DNA of 37,543 nt from NCBI GenBank assembly GCA_009602725.1, contig WELB01000025.1, positions 339,538-377,080 on the forward strand. Reading direction: 5' to 3'. The stretch is from Spirogloea muscicola (Eukaryota). The notes below the pieces were generated by a model. It had not been told where the DNA came from. It saw only the letters and a program-made list of their open reading frames with translations, and did no database searches. Below, piece after piece: positions 1-18,896 of this stretch (position 1 is the stretch's first letter; each line of letters begins with the position of its first letter). Position numbers and translations under genes: made by a program.

Positions 1-3000
1 GCCCCCCCCGGCCGCCCACCGCCCGCTGAGCCGACCCCGCCGCCATGGCGGCGGCTGCCAAAGGTCGAGGCGCGGCGCGCAGCCCGTCGCCGCGCGCCCC
101 TCGCCCTTACGGCACCCGCAGCTCGACTGCTGCAACGAGGGCTGCCATTGCCTCAGTGGCCGACCTTCCCACTCCTTCATCGGCCCCTTCAGCTTAGCTT
201 CTTCACGCCCCTCCCCGACGACGGCTGTGGAGCCTGAGCCCCTCCTTGCAGTCCCTGCTCCCGATGGGATAGCTCGGCTGGCGGACCCCGGCTCGGCCTC
301 CTCGGATGCAGAGTCGGAGGCCCCCAACATGGACCCCAGAGCCGGGATTGTTATCAGCGCGGCACAGTCAAGCGACTCCTCTACTGCGGACGGGCCCTTT
401 CTTTCCTGCCGGCCGCGAAGTCTGCTGCATCTACTCTCGACTCGAAGGCAACGCCCATCTCTTCCCCAAGCTCCAGCTGTGCATTCACCAGTCCCCGCCC
501 CGGAGCCGCCGCCACCACCATTACCACCAACACCAACTCCACCACCACCACCACCACCAGCACCAGTGCCGCCGCCACCATTACCTCCTCTACCTCCCCT
601 GTTACCTCTACCCGTACCTCTACCTCCCTTGCTGCCTCGACCTGTTGTCGTGAGACGCCATCCAGCTGGTGACCATCAAGAATGACCTCGCCCTCGGCAG
701 GGTCGGTCTCACGACCCGAGCCCAGCCCACACGGGCCTCCCAAACGCGCCAGACCAGAGAGTCCCCTGCCCAGTATGCCAGCAAAGTTTCAGCACGAGAG
801 GGCTGCCAGTCCATGTCTATCACTGCCGCAATTGCCAGATTCGCCAGGAGCTGGCAGCGAGTTCACATGTGCCGGGCACCGTCTGGCCTCCACCACCCCC
901 TCCTTCAGAGAGCTGGCGTTGGGCTGCCACAGTGGACCTCACTCCCCTTCTCATCCCCGACGGCCTTCGAAACCTACGCCACTTTCCCAGATGGGCACGT
1001 CGTGAGTGCACCAAGGTTCTTACGTCTTACCTCGCACGCATCGAAGCGGACTTACAAGCCGGAAATGGGAGGAGTTGGCTCAGCAGCGTGCAGCAGCTGC
1101 TCGGGTCGCGCTCTCACAGCGGCGGGCGCGCAATGGATCAGTCAATCAGCCCACTCAACAGTCCACAGCTGGCAGTCTGGCACGCGCAAGACGTTTTGGC
1201 AGGGCAGGAGAACTCTCTTGGGCCGCTCAGGCCCTTTGCCCTTACCGCCTGGCTACTACCAACGACGCCACAGAGGCTATCTTGCGACAGCTCCACCCCC
1301 CTCCACAACACCCCCTCAAGCCCTGGGCTGGCGAGCTCCCCAGTCCTCTTGACCTATCGGCAGAGGCGCTCCGTGTGGCCCTGACCAAAGCCCCCTGGCA
1401 AGTGTCTGGATGGCTCTTTGAGCACCTACAGGACCTTTTCCTTGATGGGGATGAGAGGAGCTTCTCCCTGTTTCTGTCCACCTGCCGGCACATCGCCAGG
1501 GCTGCCGATCCACCACGCGTTGCCGACGCCTTAAATTGCAGCCACCTGCTGGCCCTTGCGAAGCCAACAGGCGGTGTGAGACCCATTGCGATGACGGAGG
1601 TTATCATGCGGCTGGTACCAAAGGCCGTGTGCAGCGAGCTGAAACCCCAGTTGACCAGCCACCTATCACACCCCACCAATTTGGTGCTGGCATGTCCTGC
1701 GGTGCGGAGACCCTCGTCCAGGGCATCCGCGCTGCTCTCGACGTGGACCCTTCAACGATGGTCCTTGGGCTGGATATCAGTAACGCCTTGACCACAGTGG
1801 AGCGCAGCGTCATCATGGAGGAGCTGCGCGACCACTTCCCTTCCCTTATACCCTTTTTCCTCATGGCCTATGGCCGTCCAGGGCGGCTGCTGTGGCAAGC
1901 CCGAGAGTCGTGGAAGACGCTGTGGTCATCTTCTGGCACAGGCCAGGGGGATCCCCTTAACCCAATCCTGTTTGCCTTGGCACATTGCCATACACGGCGC
2001 ACCCAGAGCCAACACCCAGACCTCCTCTTCCCCTCCTACGCGGACGATACAGACATCATTGGACCTCCAGCTGAGGTCATGGCGGCTGACCCCTTGCTCG
2101 TTCGTTAGCTGGATCTGATGGTCCTGCGGATTTGCCCGTCCAAGAGCGTGGCATGGTTCCCACGCGCTCTCCCCGCCAACCTCCAGCTCCCCCATGGCTG
2201 CCAGACCCCTGCCAATGGGCTAACCATCCTCAAGGTCCCCCTCAGCACACCAGCTCACGTGGCGGTGAACTTGCGGAAACGCCTTCAACTACACCTTGCC
2301 CCCCTCCCTTCCCTTCCCTTCCTTGGGAACACACAGCTGGCGTTGGCCATTCTCACTTGCTGCATCGGCCAACGGGCATGCTACCTGCAACGAACAGTCG
2401 CCCCAATGGGCATGGTGGGCGAGCTTTACAAGGAATTCGACAACTCCCTTCTACAGTCCCTGGCATCTCTTCTACGTTCTTCATCTTTCCCCTCCGCCTC
2501 ATCTTCCCTCCAAGCTTCCCTTCCCACTTGCATGGGCGGCCTTGACTGCCGGTCGTTGGAGCAGACGGCGCAAGCAGCTTTCCTGGGCTGCTGGCACCAA
2601 ATCGCCTCTCTGCTCCCTAGCGCTTCCCTTGCCTCCACAACCCTATACGCAGCGTGGAGGAAGGCTCCTTCCCTTCCAAGCGGATCTGAGGAGCATCCGT
2701 GACTTAGCCATCAGCTCTTTTCCCTCTCTCCAACCCCTACTTACGCCATTCTCCGTCCTCGCCCAAGCTTCTGATAGAGGGGCACAATCCAACTGGTTAC
2801 AGCAGTGGTAGACGAGCGCCGCAGAAGGTTGAGGAGGCTGCCACAGATTCAGAACAATCCAAGGAGCCTGGCAGACTTAATTCTCTAGCCACACCTGGTG
2901 CCACCGACTGGATCACCTCACACGCCGTCGCCAACGCCTTCAGCATGAGCTCCGAGGCCTTTCGGACGTCGCTTCACCTCTTCCTCGAACTCCCACCCAA

Positions 3001-3990
3001 CTGCCTGATTGGGGTGCGCCAGTGTGAGTGCGGCTTCCGTGCAGAGGGTGCTGAGCTCGCCACTCACATGCTGAGATGCCCCACTGGACCAGAAGTGGTG
3101 GGCATCCACAACCTCCTCCGCGATGCTCTGGCGGGTTTGATGCGCGACGCCGGCTACCGTGCGGTCGCGGAAGTCAACGACATCATGCCTATTACCACAA
3201 ACGCCCAGGGACGTCATCATCGCCGCACACTTGACATTGTGGGCGTGCAACCTGGTGGAGGACCACGGGCCTTGGTCGATGTCGTCGTTACGGAGGCGTA
3301 TAAAGGTCCGGCATCGACAAACATCGCAGGCCATGCAGTGGGCGGTGCTGAACAAAGAAAGCTGCAGCACTACTCTGATTACCCCCGATGCGATTAGCTC
3401 CTGCCAGCGGCAGTCGACATCTTTGGCTGTCTGGGTCCTCGCTTCCACACTCTCCTGCAGAATATTGCCAAATTAAGCTACACACGACGTGCAGATGTGT
3501 TTCCGGCTGAGCTGAGATGCGCCTGCCAGCTGCATATCTGTCGTTCTTGCGACGACGAGTTTCGGCCTGTTTGCAGCGTGCTCAGGCTAATGCTTTGCAC
3601 CAGAAAGCTGGGCGAGCTCTAGTTGGTGGCACAAGGGCTCTTTATCTACATCGTGTATTCAGGCATCGGTTAGCTACCTTCATGTTTTGACCCGTGGTCA
3701 CTGAGCGGGTCAACCTGCTGTAGGTCATGCAGGTCTTCAGATGTGCTTGCCTTTGTACTTGGCCATTTGGCCTTCGTTTGTTCCAAATACAAGAAATTCC
3801 CCTTTGGAAGAGCTCACTTCTTAGCTGGCTTTGTTCATTGTCCAGCTATGTCCAGTGTCCTTCTGTTCGCTCCTGTATTCTCCTGCAAGCTCCTATCCGC
3901 GGTAGTCTCGTGCATAGCTGTGTGGTTTCGGGCGCCTTTCGGCTCTGTGGACCTTGTCCATCCTCAGCGGGCTGGCCTTTCACAGCCACT
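1..3990 (+). mobile_element. Decayed CRE-clade (RLE-type) non-LTR retrotransposon; 5' end at or beyond the window start
   Basis: Motifs appear in order across several frames: Pro-rich N-terminus; C2HC finger CPVCQQSFSTRGLPVHVYHC (767-826); RT motifs LALAKPTGGVRPIAMTEVIMRL, QFGAG, LDISNA, GQGDPL, SYADD (~2035-2049) and LPTCMGGL; CECG..HMLRC zinc knuckle; RLE-like RRTLDIV..LVDVVV..EQRKLQHY; C-terminus LTRGH* (stop 3702-3704). The 3' UTR ends in the family twin-hairpin motif (3936-3990). Multiple frameshifts and in-frame stops (e.g. 2106-2108, 3395-3397). Confidence 0.9.
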
Positions 3991-4229
3991 GCATTGAATT
4001 GGTAGAGCTGTCGTCCATATTCTGGCCTGGCCAGTAACGACCATTGCCCTTCACTGTTTTTCTACTGGAAGAGTGTGTGTGCCTAGCTAGCTCAGAGTGT
4101 GCTGTGCAGACTCAGCACTGCGCCTGCAGGCGGCGCTGTGGCGCCTTGCTGCGGCCGAGCGCGCAGCAACGCCACAGCCGCGCAGAAGCTGGCCGCCGCC
4201 GCGAGGCCTGCCCGGTGCCAGGGCCCGGC

Positions 4230-7173
4230 ATGCGGGGCGACAGCGGCGACGGTGGCGGCGACGGCGCCGGCAGCAGCGACGACGAAGGCGAGTACTTCGT
4301 GGACGAGGAGGACGTGCGGCGCGCACTCCACGAAGACGGCGATGGCGACGATAATGACGGCGACGACGGCGACGACGACGACGATGACGAAGGTCGTGGC
4401 GGCGGCATGCCGCTTCCATGACCACCGGCGGAGCCGGCTGGCTGCCGGAGCGCCGTGCGCTGAGGCCGCCATGGGGGCCTTGGCTGTGGCAGCAGCTGCG
4501 CCGGCGGCGGGGCCATCCGAGGACGACGGCAAGGGCGGCGACGGCGGCTCGCGCGACGGTGAGTCCCGCCAGGCTAGCACTCGCGTGGACGTGGGCGACC
4601 ACGTCGCCCAGCTGACTGGCGGCCCGGCTGCCGAGTGGCCATGGCAGAGGCGGCGTCGGCCATGAGCGAGGGCGACGAGCCCGAAGGCGACGACGCGGTG
4701 CACGTCTTCGCGGGCCACAGCGGTGCGAGGCGCCCGCGCTGCCGTCGCCGCTCCGCTCTCCCGCTGCCATTGTCGGCGCGCTCGCCTCTTGAACGAAACC
4801 CACGAGTGCCGTCGTCGTCGCTGGCAGGCCCAGTGTACACCGTGGCGTGCAGCCCGGCGGAGCTCGGCCTGGTGGCGTCCGGCGGCGGCGACGACGTCGC
4901 GTACCTCTGGCGCATCGGGGCGGACGACGAACCGGCGCGCCTCGCAGGTCTGGTCGTTGCCCCGGACGTGCAGGACCGGCCCGGCAGCTGTGTGGCCAGC
5001 CCTTAGTCTGGTTATGGTGGCCCGACCAGTCCAGGGCATGGCGACTCGGTCGTGGCGCTGGCGTTCAGCCACGACGGCGCGCTGCTGGCGACCGGCGGCC
5101 TCGACGGCCTGGTCCACGTGTGGGACGCAGCCTCTGGCCGCCTGCTGCACAAGCTCGAAGGGCCTGGCGAGGGCATCGAGGTCAGTCGATGCGTTGTCAC
5201 TCCTTGTGCTTGTATCTCGACTCAGTCCTCCAAGGCCGACGACCAGAACCCTTATTCACTGCCAAAGACTGAGCTTTTCGAGCCGTCGTTCTGCTGCTGA
5301 GCATGCCTGGTTGATTGCCGCCGCTACGGGCTGCGCAGTGGCTCCAGTGGCATCCCCGCGGCCACGTGGTGGTGGCTGGCAGCGAGGACTTCACGGCGTG
5401 GATGTGGAACGCAGACTCGGCGGACTGCTTGGCCGTGTTTTCTGGCCATGCAGGTGCTGTCACGTGCGGCAGCTTCACCCCGGATGGTAAGCGGCTGACG
5501 CCGCCTCTCCTTGAGGAGGGCAGGCATGTCCATGGCTTTTGGCAGTTTACGTGTGGCTGTCCTCTGGCTCATGGTGGCACCAAGCTTGGGGAGCAAGCAC
5601 CTCTTGCAGGCAAGGCTGTGGTCACTGGCTCCGAGGACGCCACGCTCCGCATCTGGAGTCCGAAGAGCGGCGAGGTGTCCTCCGTGATCCAAGGTACATC
5701 CGGCAGCGCCGCCTGATTTGACTGCTAGCCCTCATGTCAATGTAGTCCATCTAATTCTGTGTCCTCAGCCCTACTCGCATGATGCTGAATCCAGCACTGA
5801 CATCTTGCCCTCTGCGAGTAGATGAGAAGTTAAACGGGGCCTGACCAACTCGGCAGGGCATGGCTTCCACTCGGAGGGCTTGACCTCGCTTCGAATCAGC
5901 AACGACTCCTTTGTCGCAGTCACCGGGTCCACTGATAACACGGCGCGGGTCGTGTCGCTGCAGAGCCACAAGGTGTGTGACCACTTACCTCCTTAAAGTC
6001 AAGCTCGACACGCACAGGCCTCTTCTGGCAGCCAAACACTGGCCCGAGTGTGCACTACTCTGCGTACAGTCAAGTCATAGGCCTGTAAAAGAGAAGTCTA
6101 GCTGGAGCTCTATTTGGAGCCTGAGGTTGGCAATGGAGATCTGCACATGCGGCTGCTTAGCAGAGCATTTTGCCTTGCTCGCTGTTGATGTCACAGGTTG
6201 TGGGGGCCCTGGCAGAGCACACGGACTCTGTGGAAAGTGTGGGCCTGTGCTCTTGGTGAACACATCATGCCCTTGCCATGCCTAGGACTGGGAAATGGCT
6301 GAAGATTAAGCTGAACGCACAATACCAGGCCATGATCTAGTAAGCATGCTGTTGGAACCTCCTCAATTTCGTTTTAATTGGTGAGTAGCACTGCTTACAA
6401 GCATGCAAGTTGACTATTTAGCTGCTACAAACAGTATGACTGGAAGATGCCCATCTGCAGGGATCACAATGTTGATGTTACTTCCTGGCCCTCATACAGC
6501 TTGCCAATGGCTGCCACTGGTTCCTTGGACGGCAAGGTCATCCTGTGGGACCTTAATACCTTGCAAGTCAGAAGCGCATGTAGGCACGACGTGAGTGTCT
6601 CACTACTTTTCCTTGCCCACCTGCCCTAGCTCCTCCGGTCATTGTGAGAAACAGTCATCAAGGGCAACAGTCATACATACAAGAAGAATTTCCCTCACAC
6701 ACATTTCTCACGCAAATTTCCTGTAAATGCTTGGGCTTGCTCAATAGCCAATGTGTCTCTGTTGGCTCTGGCTCGGCTCACTTAGCTTGACTTCCTGTAA
6801 GTTCCTTGTTGGAGCACTTCATCAGGTTGGCGTGGTGAAGATCCTCTGGCATCCCAGTTCACCGCTGGTGTATGCCGGTGACTTGTCCGGCTCTGTACGC
6901 GTGTGGGATGGAAGGACGGGCAATGTTGCTCGAATGTTCCAAGGGCATCGTGACTCTCTGCTAGACCTTGCCATCACTAGGTAAGGCAGCTCTGCATCAA
7001 TCAACACTTCGAATCTGAAGCACACGCATAACTTAGCCTGAGCTTGCTTTTAGCTGGGGATCAGATGTTTCTTTGCTAACACTTGCTCTTGCTTGGAGGG
7101 GTGCCTGTGCAGTGATGGCGCATTCATTCTTTCAGGTTCAGATGATCATACTGCTAGAGTGTTTGGCATGTAG
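4230..7173 (+). CDS. WD40-repeat protein, AAMP/SQT1-like (angio-associated migratory cell protein homologue), multi-exon
   Basis: Acidic N-terminus (MRGDSGD..DDDDDDE), then GT-AG exons encoding DDAVHVFAGHS/GPVYTVACSP..LVASGGGDDVAYLW, GHGDSVVALAFSHDGALLATGGLDG, WLQWHPRGHVVVAGSEDFTAWMW, FSGHAGAVTCGSFTPDG, TGSEDATLRIWSPK, HGFHSEGLT, ATGSLDGKVILWD, FQGHRDSLLD, and final SGSDDHTARVFGM* (TAG 7171-7173). Exon boundaries at 4390-4650 are less certain. Confidence 0.88.
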
Positions 7174-8026
7174 TCACTTGAACTCAAATGCAAACAATTG
7201 CTACAATACAAATATCGCATAAGCACTTGCTGTCCTGTGAATCCAGTTTGATTGTCAGCTTCTGCGGCGAAGCGTCGAGGATAGTAGAGTTGATGTCTGC
7301 CAACTGCTAATGAACTAGTGGACATACTGGGCAATAGCAACTGAAATGCAAATTGGATGCACTGCCAAGGCACCCACAGGCCACCAGCCTCTTATCTAAA
7401 GACAGACCATCAGAACAACCAGAAAATTTAGCCTTATTGATGCTCAAGCAATGATGCTGCAAAAATAATGGAGGCATGCTACACAAATACCTATTTCCAC
7501 TGTCTATCTTATAACACTGCTCAACATGTCTAAGGACACAGATAAGTAATTCGACAGTAATTTCCAACGCCATGTCAGAGGAGCAGCTGCTCCTGCATGC
7601 ATGATCACAGTGCCAGCAGCGTAACTGGCGCAACCTACTGACCTGGACAGCAATTTCAGTACATGATATGTGTAATTGTTAGCTAGACCACAGCGACTAC
7701 AGGATGTAGCTCATGCTAAACACGAGTGGTCTGCTAGACCACATTGACTAGAACAAATATAAAGGCGAGAGAAGTAGGCCCAACTCAGATGCCCGGACCA
7801 GGCGCATGGCTAATGCTTCACTGGCGGCATCTGTGAGAGTGCATGAAGGGACAATGCAGAGCCAACTATGGATCGCACATCACCCTCGGCTGAACGAGGC
7901 TATCATCCATGCCATATTGTGTTATTGACCTGCCATTCTAGGAGGCCATCGAGACGGAGACTATATATGGAGCAGCCGATTTACAGCAGACACCTCTGTG
8001 GCCTTCTACTTCGCAACAACCCACGA

Positions 8027-11000
8027 CTATAAATGTACACGCCGTTCGAAGACCGCGTCGAGGGGCTTGGTAGCAGTGAAGAGGCCCCACTTCTGGTCTC
8101 CCCTTGCACACCACTCCAGCTTTGACTTCCAACTATTGACGAGGGTGTTATACTCACCCTGCAAGAGAAGGGCTTGTCAGAACTGCAGAAGTACCTTCAA
8201 TGGGACAAGCAGCCAGAACTGCAGAAATACCTAAATTGGGGAAAAGCAAGAATTCACCAAGTCAAAGCTCACCAAGCAGCTTCCTCACCCTCAATCACAG
8301 AACCTGCCATCTGGCAGTCTCACCTGCGAGAAGTCCTCACAAATTGCTGTCTTGTTCTCCTCAACCTTTGCCAGCTCACATCTCAGGTTACCAACAAACT
8401 GCGAGACAATTTATGCCGAAAAATAACATCAGCCAAGAGCACAAACTTCGGTAAATGAAGAAGTCATAAGCACGCAAGCAACTGGAGGAAAAGCTGGACT
8501 GCATATTTAGGGAGTGCTTTGACCTGCTTGGTCCTGTCCTCAACTATCACATCTGTAAATCCTGCTGCTTCAACAAGCTGAAAGGATGCAACAGCGTCCT
8601 GTGAGTAGTATGACACATCTGCAAGCATTCTGGATCACATTCAGCATGCCAAAATTGAGAGAGCACTCCTCAGTGTGCCGCGTGGAAAATGCTTACACAA
8701 AGGGGTGTGGCATTGAGCTTGTCATACCCTGCCGTAAGTCCCAAATGAGGGCAAGAAGTACTTGTGTTGCTCAGCATAGGCTTGGAAGTCGGTGTTACTC
8801 TTCATGGTGTCCTCTGACTGACAGTAGTCACTTATTAAAAGCTTGCCTCCTGGTCTGAGCCACGTGCAGAAGTTGCTGAAAAGAGTTGCCTTGTCCTGCA
8901 GGCGGTATCAACACACAATTGAGCAGGCAAGCAACCCCTTGAACAGCAAAGAAACTCAACAATTGGCATGTACGTAACGATAGATTGCAGTTTCAACTGC
9001 AAGCAGTTGGCCACTGTATACGATTGGGAAACCTGCAGCATCCAGGAGTGCAAAGACCTCAGAACCATCTAGAGATCGTTTGCAGGTAGACAAGGACACC
9101 TGTATGTGCAGGAGAGAGTCACGACTGCAGACAACGTCAAATGATCCAGGAGGGTACTTCTTCAGCATGCAGTCGGCAACCTCGAACTCAACCACGCAAC
9201 CCTGACCAATCGCCCTCTCTAGAGCAAGAGAAATCTGCAGCTTGAGTACAATAAGTTATTCAGAGCCAGTCCAAATCCCTGCACTGCAAGACTGCATATG
9301 TGTGACTGAGCTAGACCCTCAGAATAAACTGAATGAACAAACAAACACAAATAAAGAAAGATACAAATTATCCTGCTATGCAAAAGGGCACAAGATACTC
9401 TGCTAGGAGCAGGCACAACAAGTCTAAGTTGCTCTACCATTGACCCACCATGTTCACAGAGACGTCTATAGCAGTGACATCAGCGTCAAACTCTTCTGCC
9501 ATGTAGAAGGCACCTCCACCAATGCCACAGCCAACATCGAGCACTCGGTGACCCTTCTGAAGTCCAAGCTTGGCGACAAATGCCTTAGTAGTCTCTGCCC
9601 AAAGCACCAGGGTGCATATTAGATGGTGCATGTTTTGCAATCTGCTCGAGATTCTGTCATCATTGATTATGATGGTGACATCACAGAGCAGTGCAAGGTC
9701 ACAATGCTGCTCCTTCTCACCCAGGCCTCCAGTGCTCATGAAGCCAGTGCCAAAGATGCGCTCATAGCACCTGATCCTAGCCATGGTATACTCTACTCTG
9801 TCGAGGAACTGCTGTAATTGCTTGCCATCAGGAGCCATAGCTGGTACTTTCTGCCAGAGCCAGCAAACCTGCATATCGAGAAGTAATGAGAAGAAACATG
9901 TGAGCACCTAGGACGTGATGTAAGCAATCTTCTAAGTGGGCTGCACTCCAGCTGCAACCCCTCAGTCAGTGCAGACATTCATCTCACCTGGTTTTGGTTC
10001 CGCTTGTTGCGCACATAAGCACCGACGCATTTGATACTACGGAGCTGAAGCTCCACAAAAGAGCTATCCTTGTTCTGCTTGTGGATGTTCTCAAACACCT
10101 GGCCAGAAGTAGCAACATGCAGCAACTGCGTTGTCAGATGACAGCTCTGAAGAGCTGACTAGGAGATACAGACAACACATGCATAATCTGCAGCACCTGC
10201 TTGACTGAGTAGAACTTGGCACAGGTGTCACATCCTCACCGTGGTATAGAAACTTGGCTCTCTATAGTGGGTGGGGTTGTTGCGGCGCTTGGAATCTCCA
10301 GATTGATGAAAGCAGGACTCCCGGAAGAAGAGGAAACCATCCTTTGATAGCCAGGTCATCATGCGCGCTGCCAGCTGCTCGACCTGGCAAGCTCCTCATG
10401 GGCATGGGCCTTTGTGAGATGAATTTTCCGATGTCTGACCGTAAACGTCAGCAGCGAGCACAGCACAGCGTGCTACAAAAATAAACAAGAGTAGCAAGCA
10501 GGCTTCTCTCTTTATGCTACCAAGCAAAGTCATCACACCTCATCATCAGAGAGGTACATGAGCAGCCAATTGGAGAAAATCATATCCACAGAGCCTTCTC
10601 TGAACTGAAGCTTGTGAGAAGTCACGTCCGCGCATCGAAATGTCACATTCTTGTGGTGGCCATTCAGCTCCTTGTTCTGAAGCAAGCACAACGAATGAGC
10701 TTTGAGTTGCGAAGCTCGCGAATTCTGTGTCTCAGACCGATTGCCCTACTTTGTCGAGTTTGATAACAGCAATCAAATGCTGATAGGGCACAACAACCTG
10801 ATTGACAAGTAAAGGTGGAGTCAGACAGATAGTGGGGACATATATAAGCGTCCGGCATGGTCACCTTGGCTATAGCATTTGCCATGAAGTCAACAGCGGT
10901 GACTTGCGCAGCTGCAGTGGCCAGAGAGCTTGTGAAGCGTCCAATACCAGCTCCCAACTCCAAAACACGCTTGCCTACAAGGGAGGGTAGCATGGCCAGT

Positions 11001-11904
11001 ATCTGCACACCATGACATGTGACGCATCGGTTAGCAGGCTGAGACGCATGTCACGATGTGCTTGTCACAAACTCACCATTTCAAGGTAGGTAGATTCTAT
11101 CCCTTCCGCATGCACAATAACTAGGACAGCTAAGCAAAGCAAGGCCCCACTTCAGCTACACTCTGGAGCCAAGCACTAATTGGACTACCAGAAACGCTTT
11201 GTAAGTCTATGCGCACAACCAAGACACGGTGCACAGGAGATCTCAAAGATGGACTAAGACTCGAAGCATCGTCCTCAGAACATGGACCCAAGGCCGACGA
11301 GCCCTGACTCCAGCACGCCCACATCCAGAAGGTGACACACCTCAGGCCGATCGAGCTGATCCAGCTTGGCGGCCTGACTGTCCAGCATCATGGCCTCGAC
11401 AGTCAGCGTCTGGCTGTGTTCCGCCCAATACTGAGCCTGCTTCTCCCGCTCCGCTGCATGGCCATGCGCATGGTCAATGACAATGTCTCAGCACCAATTG
11501 AGTTTCACTGAAGAAAGTACAGGCGGAGCTGCATGTGCTGCATGTGCCAGCTAACAAGTGCCGCGGCCTCGTCATGGCTCAGTCTATCTCTTGTAAAGCT
11601 GGCTGGTGCAGCTGAGGCTTTCCCGGGTAGCCAGCACCGCAGCTGACCAGGCAAGCTGGTGAATGGAGCTGCGTAGTGGACTCGCCACACTAGCATGTGG
11701 CACGCCAACAGAGCGGCTCCGCTCTCGGCCGACAGCGGCAGACATGGCAACATGGACTGCCCGACGCAGCACTGCATCAGGACGATCCTGGAACGGTCCC
11801 CGCTCTCGCTGACGTGCATGTGTGCCCGCAATTGTCCGAGACTCACAGGAGAGGAGGCGGACGAGCGGGCGCGGCGCGGCGGCGACCTCCACGGCGGGCG
11901 CCAT
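8027..11904 (-). CDS. PEAMT: Phosphoethanolamine N-methyltransferase (two-domain plant type), multi-exon
   Basis: Spliced exons give [146 protein letters not shown] and [10 protein letters not shown], ending in TAG at 8029-8027. Likely ATG at 11904, with a 58-nt first exon followed by a GTGAGT donor. Confidence 0.93.
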
Positions 11905-11979
11905 TCCGCCGGCCGGCTCAGACGAGGAGGACGGCCGGGGAACCCGGGGCGGCAGCGCCCGCCCGCCCGCCCCCGGGCC

Positions 11980-17516
<5,537 letters not shown>

Positions 17517-17715
17517 GGCCGCCCACGCGGCGCGCCGCAGATGGCGGCGAGGAACCCCGCGCCGAACCCCAAACCCCGGCTGACGATGGGCAGCGGTGCG
17601 TCAGCTAACCGCTAACCGCTCAGTTAATCTGGCCGCGCTTGCTTTCCTTTTTTAACCGGCTTGAAGCCCTCCAGGCTTAAGCTTGAAGCCAAGCGGACAA
17701 ATCCCGCCAGCGTCG

Positions 17716-18077
17716 ACTTTCCGGCCCCTTCGGACCTTGTCCATTCTTCTAGAAATTTGTCAATCGGGCCGCGCTTTCTTCTCTTCTAGGCTTGCTTTTC
17801 ACAGCCCTCAGGAGCAGAAGGTAAGTGAGCTCTTCCAAAGTGGGCGAGGGCTGTGAAAAGCTAGCCCAAAAAAGGTATGGATAAGGTCCAAAGGACCGAA
17901 AGGGGGTGAAAAGCGCACAGGCATGCAAGTAGATACGATCGGTTGGGCCATCGATCGTCGGGAGGGACAGCGAGGTGAGCTGCCAGGCTTCATTTCCGCT
18001 CGGTCGCTGCCCAGCTTTTCCGCATGCGGCTATCCATTTCCTTCCAACTGTCCCAGGCTCACGCAGTGCACTTGCGG
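17716..18077. mobile_element. Small cluster of CRE-family retrotransposon fragments
   Basis: Contains the 3'-UTR motif on + (17716-17809) and on - (17837-17918). A + strand ORF fragment (17945-18077) reads WAIDRREGQRGELPGFISARSL/QLFRMRLSISFQLSQAHAVHLR, which aligns to QAIDRRPGLPGAMPGFNAAGSLAQVFRMRLAVSLHRSLAHAVHTR of the right-hand element. Confidence 0.8.
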
Positions 18078-18896
18078 AAGCATAGTGCAATTTCGACAAG
18101 TTGAAATCTCTATGTAGTGTCAAATGTACGTCCAGGAGATGTTCTCTTTCATCAAGTAACATCACAATGAAAACTTTCTGCTGACGGGCTCAAGCATGCA
18201 GCAGCACATATGGTGCTAGCTGTAAGCGCAGTAGTCGGAGGAGGACAAGAGGTAAGCAGGCATCCAGCTGTGATGGTAGCATTTCGAAATGTGCTGGCCA
18301 TGAGAGGCTGACCCGCAAAGGCAATGAAAACGTCTGATATGAGGTGTGCGGCATGACTGCTGACAGGACGACTCGAAAGTAGCACAACATTCTAATAAGC
18401 ACAAAACGCCCTCCTTCGATGGCCATCAATAGGAGAGGAGCACGTAGAAGCTGCTTGAGTTCGCTTCCAGACTTAAGCTTCGGGCTGGAGCATTGCAACG
18501 ATGACAAAGTTGTCCAGCCAACTTCCTGGATGCACTATTTGGTGACGCTTAGAGCTGGCACACGTACTCATATATATGAGTTGTCGTGTCTACTTACAGT
18601 TACAGTTAGCAGGACGAATCAGAGCTGGTGAACAGGTCAGAGCATCAATTCGTTTATGATGGCGGACGGTTTCTGTCCAGTCCAGGCAGGGAGGAGACCT
18701 TCCCCTAGCCTGGCAAAGAATAAAAGAATCAGGATGCCTGGAGTACACGTGGTCTTGAGTCTTGGCCTTGTAGACGCACTTCGTCTTGGCAGTGCCAGTG
18801 TCCTAACTACCGTGTATCAACGAACATCATGATCAGGCCTGGTTCGGTATCATCATCATTCCCATTGTCCGGGCAGCTTTCCAGCTGAACTGAGGC

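Noticed and set aside
500..640. (CCA)n-rich tract giving poly-His or poly-Pro ORFs
   Set aside because: It is the low-complexity Pro-rich N-terminus of the left-hand retrotransposon, not a separate gene.
8178..8232. 19-bp near-perfect direct repeat CAGAACTGCAGAA(G/A)TACCT
   Set aside because: A small local duplication in a PEAMT intron with no further structure.
11905..11979. Conserved-peptide uORF known upstream of land-plant PEAMT
   Set aside because: No matching peptide in the 75 visible bases; the rest of the leader is in the gap, so it cannot be assessed.
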